In this document: piece after piece, positions 40,301 through 52,515 of the stretch
Layout: each line of letters starts with the position of its first letter
Position numbering within the stretch: the first letter of the stretch is position 1
Position numbers and translations under genes: made by a program
Notes under the pieces: generated by a model
What the model saw: only the letters and a program-made list of their open reading frames with translations
Told to the model about the DNA's origin: nothing
Databases searched by the model: none
Origin: Proteromonas lacertae
Taxonomy: Eukaryota
Assembly: GCA_002245135.1 (NCBI GenBank)
Contig: NGBS01000021.1
Coordinates: 62,001 to 126,000 of the forward strand
Reading direction: 5' to 3'
Length of the DNA stretch: 64,000 bases

Positions 40301-43300
40301 TTAAACTAATGAATATTATAATCTATTTATGCTACGTATTACAGTTTTATAAAAAATGAAACGATCAAATTATTTTATACTTAGAATTCTTGTCTTTATA
40401 ACCACATCTAGGCATCTACATAATAAAATAACCATATCAACACCTTCTACTTATTTTATTGATTGATATTTTATAGTTAAACCCTCCAAAAAACAATTAA
40501 CAAATAAAATATGATGTAAAAATAATAGTATTAATCTATAAATTGGTTTTTAATTCGTCAAAACATTTTGATATCCTTTGTTTCTTAACGTCATTCATAT
40601 TGCAACATGATCTGTATAGTTTATTAAGTTTTCTTTTGAATTTTGTTGTCATTAATTCTTCTTTTTTGTCACTATCTATAATATTTTCAGTGATATTCAT
40701 CGAAGTGTCATTAATGACTGAAACTTGAAAGGCTGGAGACTCTTCAAAATGCATAAATGGACAAAGATCTTCAATTCTAGTTGCAGAATATAATGAAGTA
40801 CCTGTAATGAATGTACTTTTACTGTTTATAGGATTTAAAACCTTTATTTTTTCAAGAATATCAGCCAATGCTAACCTTAATTTTACACTATGGTCTTCTT
40901 CTGGTGGTAATAATTCTAGAACTCTTTCGAGCTTCGCCATTTGAGTTACAGTAGGTATTGTTGACTGTTTCCAGCAATTGATTACTGTTGAAGATTTCAT
41001 TTCATTAAATACAGTTGTCATATAAACAATCGAATCTGCAATATTAGGAGTTTTACCAAATTTCAATCCACCCATTCCATTTTTTACTTTTATTCGTCTA
41101 ATTTCTTCGAAATTGTCAATAGTTTTCACACATTCATTGAGGATTGATGTCTTGTAATTGCCCTTCAAAGCACTAATGATACCTTGATCTAGAGGCTGTA
41201 ATTTAGCAGTTGTATTTGGGGGTAAATATATGATTTCCAAATTTTTATACTTATCTTTTGATAATTCTTTCGGATGTCCACTGAAGTTATCCATTATTAA
41301 TAATATTTTACTATCTCCTAATGTTGACGTTACTGCTGGCATAAATATTTCATCAATCCAATAAATGAAAACAGTCGAATCCATCCAAGCATGATGTTGA
41401 CTGGTATAACATTTCGGAACATCACTGAAACAGTTTGGTTTTTTGGCCTTTCCAATGAACAATAATGGAATATATACACTGTTATCCATGTTGACTGTGA
41501 CTGCTATAGATATTCGTTGTTTAGACATCTTAAAACCTCGAAAATCTGATTTTTCTACATTTTTTACAACACATTTTTGAGGTAATTGCTGGTAAAATAG
41601 TGAGGTTTCATCCATATTGAAGATATATTTAGGCTCATATTGACTCATTACATCTTGTATTGGCTTTAGATTCACAGTACCTACAGAGAAAGCTTCTCCA
41701 TGTAATACGATACAAGATAAACCATTTCTTTTCATGAATCCATTTATATAGCTTTGACTTACTATAGCTTTACCTACATTATTCTTGTTTAGTATCCTAG
41801 CTTCACTTAATAATAAACTTTTCGTGACAGGAATATGTGTCAAAGGTAGTTTTTTATAAGCTTCATCAAACCATATCTTCAAACCTTTTTCCAATTTAGG
41901 GTTTTGTGTTTTTTTTTCTCTTTTAATAGTAGCCATGTATTTATCACAGTCAAAATACTTCATTATTGTATCTCTATTATAAAGCCAGTTAGTAATCGTA
42001 GAGTTAACAACATTCAATTTTGCCATCACCTTAGCTCTTGTTGTTTTCTTGTTATCAAGCTCATATACAGCCTCTGCTTTCTCTGCTAATGTTCTATTAT
42101 TGCATTTTCTAGTAATAGTTGAGTTTTGACAAGACATAAAAGGCGCTTTGTTCAAAAAATTCAAGCCGAGCCAAGAGAAAAGAAAAGGAATAAATGTAGT
42201 CTAGTCTTATTTAGTGAAATAAAATTCATATTTTGTGTCAACATCGTCAATAGATGTTGAGAATATCTACGCAGAAATTGATCATCAAGCTTGTATGTAC
42301 CATTTATTAAATTAGCACTTTATTGTTTATTACATCAAATCAGCATAACAATTATAACAACAATATAAAAAATATTACGGATTTAAATTACTGTTTCACT
42401 ATTTATTTTCGATTTTCTAACTTCTTCATCTCTATATACATCAATAACATTATTCATTTCAAATTAGATTCTTTTTAATGTAAAACCTATTACTCCATAT
42501 TTACTTCTAATCATTCAATTGAAAGATATATATCAACCAATTTACATTATTAAATGTATTGTCTTATCTCATACACTATTTCTGAATAACTTATGTGCAT
42601 TATTTCCAACAATTATGTTTTACATCATAACTAATAGTAATGTTGTGATTATACTAGCGTATATCATTTTTCATCAACCAGAACAGTGGTTTTACAGCTT
42701 ACATTTCATTCAACTGTATAGACATCACATTATTTGGTATTTTCTGAAGGTAATGTGTAATTATAGATTATTCTTTTCTTATTAAGCTGAATATTCATTG
42801 CATTTACTCCATTTACTTCATTTATTATCAGTTTCTGAGGTTGATTTCACTTATTCTTAGAACATTATCGAAAGTCAAAAAAACATTTACTATATTCACT
42901 CCAATTACCATCAACACAAATACTAAGTCTCAATCTACTATAATAAATAATTTAATTCCCAAACTACTCCCAAATATTTCTTATAATTTCTAATCTCTAT
43001 CAAATAACCATTTTTATTATTCTGCATACCTATAGAAATAAAATAAAAGCTATATACTTCATAATATATTAAACATTTACTCATTTATTTTAAATGAGCT
43101 ATAAAATAATAATACTTGTAGAGAATGTTATGTAACAAAGAAAAGTTTTAAAATTAAATACCCCAACTTAACACAAAATGCAAAAACTTTGAAAGAAAAA
43201 TGGTTCAAGTTATAAAAATTCAAGTTAAAGGTTTTTGACTGTATTCAAAAGTGAATAGAATAGAATTATTTTCTATTATTGATTTATCAAGCATTTTAAA

Positions 43301-46300
43301 TGTATATTTTGTTTATATATATATGTCGAATAGATATTTAGTATTCATTTAAAGTCAAATAATTGGAGAATATCCTATATTTTATTCCATTTATTTTATG
43401 AAGTATTTGATTATTATTCATCATCACAATTTGAAACAACAGTTTGGAATGAACCAATAGAAATACAGAATCAGAAATATGCGTTTAGTGATTTTATTAT
43501 GTTATTATTATCATATATAAATACAAGTGAAGAATCAGATAACTATACAGACAATATGTTATTTATAAAACATTTACATCAACAAACTATATACTTTATT
43601 TTACATTTGCTAACTTTACCGAATTGGCATTGTAGAATATTTGATATATTTAACGAATTACTTACAAAATCATTTGTACAATACAATGAGAATAATTGTG
43701 TTGCAATTTACTCAGTTTTTACCAATACAATCAATAATATCATCACATATGGAACAATAGTGAAGTATTACAATAAAAACAATGATAATAACAGTAGCAA
43801 TTGTTATGGAATTGTAAATGATGTAAAATATCATAAAACTAATAGAAATATTAATTGTTTTATAACTCCATTATGCTCAGAATGTAATAAAATGAATGAT
43901 TTTGTTGATTTAATATATCGTAATGAAGAAAGTGAAGGAATGAATTTACCAATTGATTTATATAATATTCTACCAGTTGAACAGTCAAATGATGTTGTTT
44001 ATAATGAAGATTTTATATTACTATTGTTTCAACATTTTCCACTACTCTTCGATGAAGATCAAAAGTATATTTTATATACATTTTAATTATTTTGATGAAT
44101 AGATCAGTCTCAGATTATTCTAAATCAATATATCTCCATTGTATATATAATATAGTCAAATCAAAGGAAGATAATCAAATAATCACTATAATAAACAGTA
44201 ATAGTGAATTATATGATGAAATAATAAACAATTTAATATATTATATAACAATTCCAATCTCAGATATTAGCATTGAAAACTATCATGAATATGAATATAC
44301 TTATTATTGTAATTATAACTATATTATAAATAAAACTACAGATTGTGATAATAATAATAATAATACCAACACTCCTCATAATTCTGTTGTTTCATCGTCA
44401 CCTGTTTCATTATCCAATCATAATTCAATCATATCACCAATTCAAACAACAGCCAATCAGAATCAAGAGAATAATACATTTGAAATTGTAACTGATTGGA
44501 GATATTATAATGATTTTGAATGGATTCAAGTTAGTAGTGAAATGAATACTATTTTAAATAGATGTCATGAATTAGATATTAAGAATTTCAACTTTAGTGA
44601 TAGTTCAGGTATTAATTATGGTGTTGATTTAGATGAAATGACAATAACGTTTAGTTATAACCAATCAAATCCTGTTCCAACTATATTTCTATTGAGTCAT
44701 ATAAGTCCAGATGAATTATTTGAAAGTTATATTTCTTCATTAGTTTCAATTGGTATTGATTCTGAGTTAGTTTATGATATATTATTATCTGATGAAAAAG
44801 GATGTGCTCATGCTTATCAACAGCAAATAGAATTGTATTTACACCAATCAAAAGAGAGAGAAAGTGAAGAGAATATTGAAGAGAATAGATCAACTAAATA
44901 TTGTTTAAGTATATTTCATTTATATTTATTATTGGTTAGATGATGTATTATTTCAACAATATTATCAAAATTCAAATATTTATTCAAATACATCTGTGAA
45001 TAGTAATGATTATTTAGTTGATAATAATCCAATTGTATATTCATATTATTATGTTTATAGAGAAGATATTTTATGAATAAATCATCAGCAATAACTAGTA
45101 ATCTTCCACTAATCAAACAATACTCATCCAATAATAATAATAACAACAATTACAGCAATTCAGAAATAAGCAAAGTGATAAAGAAGAATAAAGAAAAGTA
45201 TTGTTATTTATCAAGAATTTACCAACAACCAGAAATAAAGAATATTTCTTATTTAATACTCCAAACTATTGATATTTATTTATTACATTATATGTTCAAT
45301 TATTTAGTTTCTTCATTTTTAAATCAAAAAGATCAAGATTTTCCTCTTCCTATCATATCGTTGAACAATAACAAAGATCCAAATGATATGTTGTTTTTAT
45401 TCACTAAAATAAATGAATATTACTATCATACTATTCATAATTATTACATATTAAATCAACAACAACTACAAGAGAATTATAAAAGTATATTTATTTGCTT
45501 TATTTATCTATTTGAATAGAAAAATGTCCAGAATCAAAGACATTGAAAGATTTAATAGCATACTGTATAAAAGTCTCTATAGAAGATATTACATCATTAG
45601 TTAACGATTACTCATATGATACAAGCAATCCAACTAATACATTAATCCAATATATTATCACTAATTCACAATATTTTGAAGTTACTTATATCATATCATA
45701 TTTAGTGATAATTACCTATACAATAGAAAATTATTTGATCTATTATCCATTATCACTGAATAATCCATCCATTTTGTTATTAAAAGAATTAGTATACAAT
45801 GTATTAGAAATATCTAAAGATGAAAAAGATGTTTCTATTGTTATTATATTATTATATAAATACATAATGCCGTATTATAAACCACCGCTCTATGAAATGC
45901 TAACTCCAATTATATCTGAAATATTTACCGTTTTATCAAACATTTTGGAAGATAATTTGAATGAGTATATAAATGAAGATGATCAAAGGTTATACCTACT
46001 ATTATATAACTCACAGAATGTGATTGAACAAGATAGAAACCACTTAAAATCAATTTATTTACAATCATTATTCAACATCTGTACAATATTAAATAAAACA
46101 AATGTTGAAAAATCTCCCTGTTTGGATGATCAGAAGATTATTTATTTTAATAAACCAAATAGTTATATAAAAATAAATGCTGGAGAAATATCACCTCCAT
46201 TCACAATAGATTTTGATATATTTATCAAACCACTTAAAGAAAACACATTCTATTCATTATTCACAAGTAAATCAAGTCAAATTATGTTGGAATATAAGAA

Positions 46301-49300
46301 TGAAACAACTTGTGATTTAGTATTTATTTTTCAACTAAAACCTATTCGTTTTGCAACGAACTTATTTTATAATGAATGGATTCATTTGACAATAACTGCT
46401 ACTTCTCATACAATTGCATTATATTACAATTACATAATATCAGAATCACATTCACTTAATAAAGATATATATTTTCCACTTCAATATATTGGTAATTATT
46501 CTGATAATTCATTTAAAGGATCTATCCAAGATCTGAGTGTTTGGAATTTGGCTCGAACCTCTGAAGAAATAATCAATACAAAGGAAATACCATTTGATTA
46601 CACAATTGTTCCAAATTCATTAATTATTCATTTATTATTTAATGAGAATGTTGGCAATATTATTGTTGATAAGAGATGGGGATTAGAACCTTCCAACTGT
46701 TATAATATCGAATGGATTAAACCTGAAGAAGAAAACATACCGTTTCATATTAGAAAGAAAGTATAATTGTTTTTAATCTTATTTAAAATAGCATAAATGT
46801 AGTAAAGAAAGTGATTATATAATATATTCAGGTAGTTTATATATCAATAAGTATTCAGGAGTAGTTAATGATATTGATAAATTATTGATTAAATTGTATC
46901 TTAATAAAGACTATTCATATGGTTATATCGAATTCTATGAATTGTATATTGTTTATTCTGTCACATGTCAAAGAAGAGAAGATTCACTAGAGATTAATAT
47001 TGATAAATGTTTATATGTATATATATATTATTTTATTTATTTATTATGTGATATATATAATGAATAGGATAATAATACAGTTTCATTAAAGTGGTTATCT
47101 TCAATCAGTTTAATATGTCAATTTTCACCACATATTTCAGTAACATCTCCAAATCAATCACCAACTTCATCATTTCTTACAAAAGTTGATTCTAACAAAT
47201 CCTTACCAGATATGATCTATTTACCATCACCAGATTCTCCAGATAAACTAATACCAGTATCTCCAGAGAAGATTTCATTATCGATAATGTTAAGAGGAAG
47301 TTGGTCTGGTCATTTTGAGAATAGTGATAATATTCTTATTCCGCAAGGATTCTTTTATAATTCAATACTATGTAATAATGATATTAAATACAATTGTGAA
47401 GAGAATATCGTATATAATACAACAGATCATGTAAGATGGAATACTATTCTATTCTCAATTGAAGAACTTTCTGGAAAAGATGAAAAACTCTCTCTTTCAA
47501 CAGAAGGAATAAAATCAGGTACTTATTACTGGGAATTTGAAGTAATATCCAATAATAGTGGTTTTATAGGTATTGGAATAGGAAATAATCAATGTAATGT
47601 GAATAATTATTTAGGTTCTGATAGATATGGATGGTCATTTCAATGTACTCACGAAGTATGGCATAATGGAATTCATAACAGTTATTCAGATTCAATTAAT
47701 ATAAAATCAGGTGATATTATTGGTGTAGAATTGAATTTAATTGAAGGAACTTTGAGATATTTTATTAATAATGTGAGTTGTGGTATTGCTTTTGATCATT
47801 TGAACTCTGATGTTATTATAACTTCATTAGGTGTATTACCTGCTGTTTCAATGCTTGGTGATAAAGATAAAATCAAATTAAAAGGTTTTGCGAATGGTGA
47901 ATATAAGTTATACTATGAACCAAGTTACAATATTAAATATTATAATGGTAAATATTATAATGGAATGAGACATGGTTATGGAATGATAGAAACAAGGAAT
48001 AATTCAACCTTGGAAGGATATTTCTGTTATAATTGTCAAATTGGTTTGCATAAGAAAGTATTGAGCAATAGAAATGTTTGTTATTTCGTTATTGAAAGAA
48101 ATAGAATTGTAAAACCAGCTACTGAGAAAGATATTGATTATTTTAATAGTATATATAAATTGTGTTTATATTTTTGTATAGAATTATTACCACCAAAATC
48201 AGATCTTTATGATGAAAGTTCATTAATATCTGTTTATAATGCAATAACAATGTATGGCACATTTTATGTTTCAACAATAAGCAATAATGCCAATATCTCT
48301 ACAATCAACAAAGGTTCAAATATTATAGTGGATAATTCAGTAACATCTTCTTCATCAACTGTATCACCATCAACGATTATTCATTCTAATAACTCACAGA
48401 AAGGAATGATATTCAATAATGAAGGTTATACAACTGGTATTCATTATTGGGAATGTTCTGTTCATTGTCCTTATATTGATTCATCAGTTTTTATTGGTGT
48501 TTCTCCTTTAATCCCTAACTGTATATTATCCAATAATTGGTATGGAATTGGATTGACTAATAACAGATTACTAAAGGTTAATGGAAATGAAAAAGTTTAT
48601 GGCAAAGCATTTAATAATGAAGATGTGATTGGTATTTTGTTGAATTTATATAATAGTATAATATTCAATGAATATATATATATATATTTGCGTATAGATA
48701 CTATAAGTTTCATTAAAGAAGGTGAAGATTATTCATTCTTCAATAAAAGAATAACAAATATGGGAGTTGCTGTTGATGGAATAAAGTCTCAATTTAGAAC
48801 AAATAACAAAATATTTACACCATTATATCCATGTTATGGTGTAAAAACAAGAGATAGTTCAATAGCAATAGATAATTCGAGATCTTTTCACTTATATTTA
48901 GATGATAATGATATTGATGTATTTAAGAATTATTCCCTTTGTAATGAAATATTTTCTATACTTATTAATAATCAAAAATCTATATCTCCATACTTAGAAA
49001 ATCAAATAAAGAAGTATTATTTGATATATACTTCGAATTGTTTCAAACCATATAAAACAAGAATTGGAATTCCAATTTATATTGATATTTCAACAGGTAT
49101 ATGAATATATCTATAAATATAATGATAATAGAAACAATATCCAACTTCTTACAAAGTACATATAATCATGGAACAGTTGTATCATACGTTGATTATCAAA
49201 TTGAAATAATTGGAGTTGCTTATAATAGGTTGTTTGTTAAGAAATATGGCGATGTTTGGATTATCAATGATAGTGAATTAGATGTGTTGAAAAAGATGGA

Positions 49301-50920
49301 AGTATTGAATGAAGGAAAAGGTATAATTTGATTATCAATTATTATATATTATAGAAATACATAAATCATCATCATTATTATCATCGTTAGAGATTACACA
49401 GTTGTTGAACAAATATATTGAAGATGATAAATCAACAAACATATTAGAAAGTTCAAATTTAATAGATTTCATTCAGTTTATTAATGATTATAGTGAAAAG
49501 CACTCAATATTACCAAGAGAACTTACGATTGATATATTATTATCACATTATGAAGGTTCAGAAGCTGATTTATACAAAATTGTAATTACTTTTATTCTGT
49601 TATTCTTATTCAACCAATCAATAGCAGTTGTTTTACCATCAATTAATACATCTTTACATACAATGAAATATCCATCAAAATTGGTAAAAGATATACAGAA
49701 GTATAAATATTTAATGTTCTTTTCTACAAAATATCATTATTGGAATGTTATTTTGAAAGAGACAACTGAATGTACTCCATTGCCTTTAGTATTAATTATT
49801 ACTATGTATATTGTCTTTTAGGATGTTTTTGATAAACCTCTTTCAATTCCAACATTATCAGTGAAAAGAATAAGAATAGATGAATCTGATAATAATTCTA
49901 TCAATTCAATCAATACAAGTTTATATGGACAATATTGGGATTTATTAAGACAGTATATATCTCTATATTATATAATATTAATAGATTTCCATTATGTCAA
50001 TTTCGTCGTTCTTATATCCACAGTGAAGATAGTGGTCAACCAAGATGTTTTTACTTGAATCTGATTGGAGAAGGTGTTTATGATAGTGGTGGTCCATATA
50101 GAGAATTATTAACTTTAATATGTTCAAAAGAAGTTGTAGATGATTTCCACTTTTTAATTCCAATTCCTAATTCCAATTACAACTTGGGAAATGATTCTCA
50201 ATCATTGATATTCAATAGTTGTTATGAGAATAAAGACAAGTATTTCTATTTCTTAGGTATTTTATATGGAATATGTCAAAGAGATATGATTCGATTGGAT
50301 ATTGATATACATTCAATAATATGGAAGTATTTAGTAAATGAAGAAATTGTAAAGAAAGATATACTTGAAGTTGATAATTATATAGATGAAAATAATCCGT
50401 ATTTAATTATATATTTATATTATTAAATAGGTTTTTACTATTAGAAAAACAAATTCCATTGATAGAATCATTTAGAAATGGTTTATCTGAAGTTATTCCA
50501 ATGGATTTATCAATTATCTTCAATCCTTCAGAATTTGAGATTCTATTCACAGGACAGCATCATATTACAATTTCTTTATTGAAAAGTATTACTAGATATG
50601 AATCAGGATTATCAATCAATGAAAATAGAATAAAATTACTATGGCAATGTTTAGAAAGCTTCAATGAGACTGAATTAAAGAAATATTTGATGTTTGTTAC
50701 ATCCTGTTGTAAAATTCCAATATATAATAAGTCATTTTATATTAAAATATGTCCATTAAGCAATACTGTCCTTAATGCTGATGAATTATTACCTGCTTCT
50801 CATACATGCTTTTATACATTAAATTTACCCAATTATTCGTGTTTAGAAGTAATGAAACAGAAGTTATTATTAGCTATAAGCCAATGTGAAACTCTTGATT
50901 TAGATTTTCTACATCATTAA
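34301..50920 (+). CDS. Giant HECT E3 ubiquitin ligase with SPRY x3, LamG-like, WWE and MORN-like modules; interrupted by a transposon
   Basis: SPRY (YYWEFEV..IGIG..YLGSDRYGWS), WWE (DWRYYNDFEWIQ), HECT (GEGVYDSGGPYRE, LPASHTCFYTLNLPNYS); about 27 GT-AG introns. Confidence 0.8.
38314..38395 (+). tRNA. tRNA-Ser(TGA), inside intron 38279-38452 of the HECT gene
   Basis: GTCAGGC/GTCTGAC acceptor, TCAGA-CT-TGA-AA-TCTGA anticodon arm, variable arm GGGCTCTGCCC, GTTCGAATCC. Confidence 0.95.
39957..39979 (+). repeat. Left TIR of pogo element
   Basis: Exact reverse complement of 43219-43241. Confidence 0.95.
40536..42137 (-). CDS. pogo/Tigger transposase (CENP-B-type HTH + DDE_1, DD33D)
   Basis: Intronless ORF; LEKGLKIWF HTH; FNMDETSLFY, LLIMDNFSGH, LPPNTTAKLQPLDQGII. 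Confidence 0.95.
   Translation of the reverse strand: MSCQNSTITRKCNNRTLAEKAEAVYELDNKKTTRAKVMAKLNVVNSTITNWLYNRDTIMKYFDCDKYMATIKREKKTQNPKLEKGLKIWFDEAYKKLPLTHIPVTKSLLLSEARILNKNNVGKAIVSQSYINGFMKRNGLSCIVLHGEAFSVGTVNLKPIQDVMSQYEPKYIFNMDETSLFYQQLPQKCVVKNVEKSDFRGFKMSKQRISIAVTVNMDNSVYIPLLFIGKAKKPNCFSDVPKCYTSQHHAWMDSTVFIYWIDEIFMPAVTSTLGDSKILLIMDNFSGHPKELSKDKYKNLEIIYLPPNTTAKLQPLDQGIISALKGNYKTSILNECVKTIDNFEEIRRIKVKNGMGGLKFGKTPNIADSIVYMTTVFNEMKSSTVINCWKQSTIPTVTQMAKLERVLELLPPEEDHSVKLRLALADILEKIKVLNPINSKSTFITGTSLYSATRIEDLCPFMHFEESPAFQVSVINDTSMNITENIIDSDKKEELMTTKFKRKLNKLYRSCCNMNDVKKQRISKCFDELKTNL
43219..43241 (-). repeat. Right TIR of pogo element
   Basis: TTCAAGTTAAAGGTTTTTGACTG followed by TA. Confidence 0.95.
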
Positions 50921-51019
50921 CTCATTTGGTTAAATATTATTTTTTATATGTAAATTTATTGGATAATTACACAAATAAAACATAATTCAAGTAATAAATA
51001 TAAATAAAATGACTACTAA

Positions 51020-51355
51020 CTACAGATTTAACTGCTGATGAATTTTCTTATCCAATTTGCTTTCAATATTAGATAAACGAGTGTTAATATTACTTGACAT
51101 TGTTTCTATATCATTTATATCATTACTTAGTGTTGTGATTACTTTCAACGAATTCTCTACAAATATTGATCTTTTCTTCATATCTACATCTTTTATTTCT
51201 ATATAGGAGTAAAATTATTGTTTAATACTATCGATTAACTGTTTCATTTCTTCATCAATCTTAAGTATTGTTTCTTGACATTTTTCAATGTTAGATAAAT
51301 ACTCTTTTGTAATTGGTTTTAATTTTTCAGTTATTTGCCCATCAGTTGAAGCCAT
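51020..51355 (-). CDS. Small coiled-coil protein (possibly BLOC-1/Snapin-like)
   Basis: ATG 51355, one 30-nt GT-AG intron, ~100 aa heptad-rich; not in the ORF track. Family call is tentative. Confidence 0.5.
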
Positions 51356-51491
51356 AGAAAAGATTTTATAATCTGGTGATTTTTATTTATTCTGAAATTT
51401 TTGAAACACCACACAAATTTAAAAAGCATATATTACATATTGTAGTTATTTTATCAAATTAATATTGTCATATACGTAATGTTGTTATCTT

Positions 51492-52453
51492 TTACTCTTC
51501 AATATTCCAATCAATTGGTTCTAATCCTTTCGATTTTAATGCTTCATTACATTGAGAGAAATGTTTACATCCAAAAAACCCATTAGAAGCAGATAAAGGA
51601 GAAGGGTAAATAATTAAGGATGTTAAATCATAAAAATAATCAAAATGAAAAAAGATATGTGAGCACATTTCAATATAATGTGTTTGCTAGTATCCAATAA
51701 CTTTATTTTTGTCTATATAATCATAAAAATATAAAGTTATACTTGCGCTGGCTTTCCCCATAACATAAACACAACATTCTTTTTCTCTTTATTAATTGTC
51801 TTGATTATTTCATCAGTAAACTTCTCCCATCCTTTACCTTTATGTGCAAATGCTTTTCCCTTTTCTACAGTCAGTAAAGTATTCAATAATAACACTCCTT
51901 CTTGATTCCATTTAATTAAACTGCCTGACTTTGGTACTTTCAATCCAATATCTTCATGAGCTTCTTTAAATATATTTACTAAAGATGGTGGTTGTTTAAC
52001 TCCTGGCATGACTGAGAAACACAAACCATGAGCTTGATTAGGTTCATGATAAGGATCTTGACCTAATATTACTACTCTAACTTTATCAAATGGACATAAT
52101 TTCAATGCATTAAATACATATTGTCGAGGAGGATAGATTATTTTCTTTGCTTGTTCTTCTGCTTTTAGAAAATTCTATTTGTTCAATATAATTATTAGTG
52201 TAGCATTATACTAGTAAATTCTTGAAATATGTTTTTTCTGTTTCTGGTTGAAGAAATTTCTTCCAACTGGGATCAACATCGAAAACAAAAGGTTCAACCC
52301 AACTTTCTGGTTGTTTAATCTTTAGGTATAAAAAAATATAATTGATACAGGAATATCTTCACTTTCAATTGGTTTTTCTTCCTTTTTAGCCTTTTTAGCA
52401 GGTTCTGAAGATTTGAAGAATGAAGTAACAGAAGATTGTCTTTTTGTTGACAT
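51492..52453 (-). CDS. UNG: Uracil-DNA glycosylase (family 1)
   Basis: N-terminal PIP-like [50 protein letters not shown]. Confidence 0.95.
51606..51658 (-). other. U12-type AT-AC intron (53 nt) splitting UNG motif H|PSPLS
   Basis: ATATCTTTTTT donor, TCCTTAAT branch, TATTTAC end; exact removal yields KCAH-PSPLSA. Confidence 0.95.
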
Positions 52454-52460
52454 TATTAAC

Positions 52461-52468
52461 TTTCGCGC
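52461..52468. promoter_or_regulatory. Putative E2F site TTTCGCGC in the 62-bp divergent UNG/ORC5 promoter
   Basis: Matches the TTTSSCGC consensus in very AT-rich DNA, between two S-phase genes. Confidence 0.6.
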
Positions 52469-52515
52469 CACAAGTTTATAATACCTGAACATATTGAAAC
52501 GAATCTTTTTTTGAA

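Larger units (their letters stand above)
39957..43241 (-). mobile_element. pogo/Tigger-family (Tc1/mariner superfamily) DNA transposon, 3285 bp, TA target duplication
   Basis: Perfect 23-bp TIRs CAGTCAAAAACCTTTAACTTGAA (39957-39979 and 43219-43241) flanked by TA; contains an intact transposase. Confidence 0.95.

Noticed and set aside
43369..43378. ATATCCT in the HECT gene
   Set aside because: The exon reads through in frame; no T-run or branch site.
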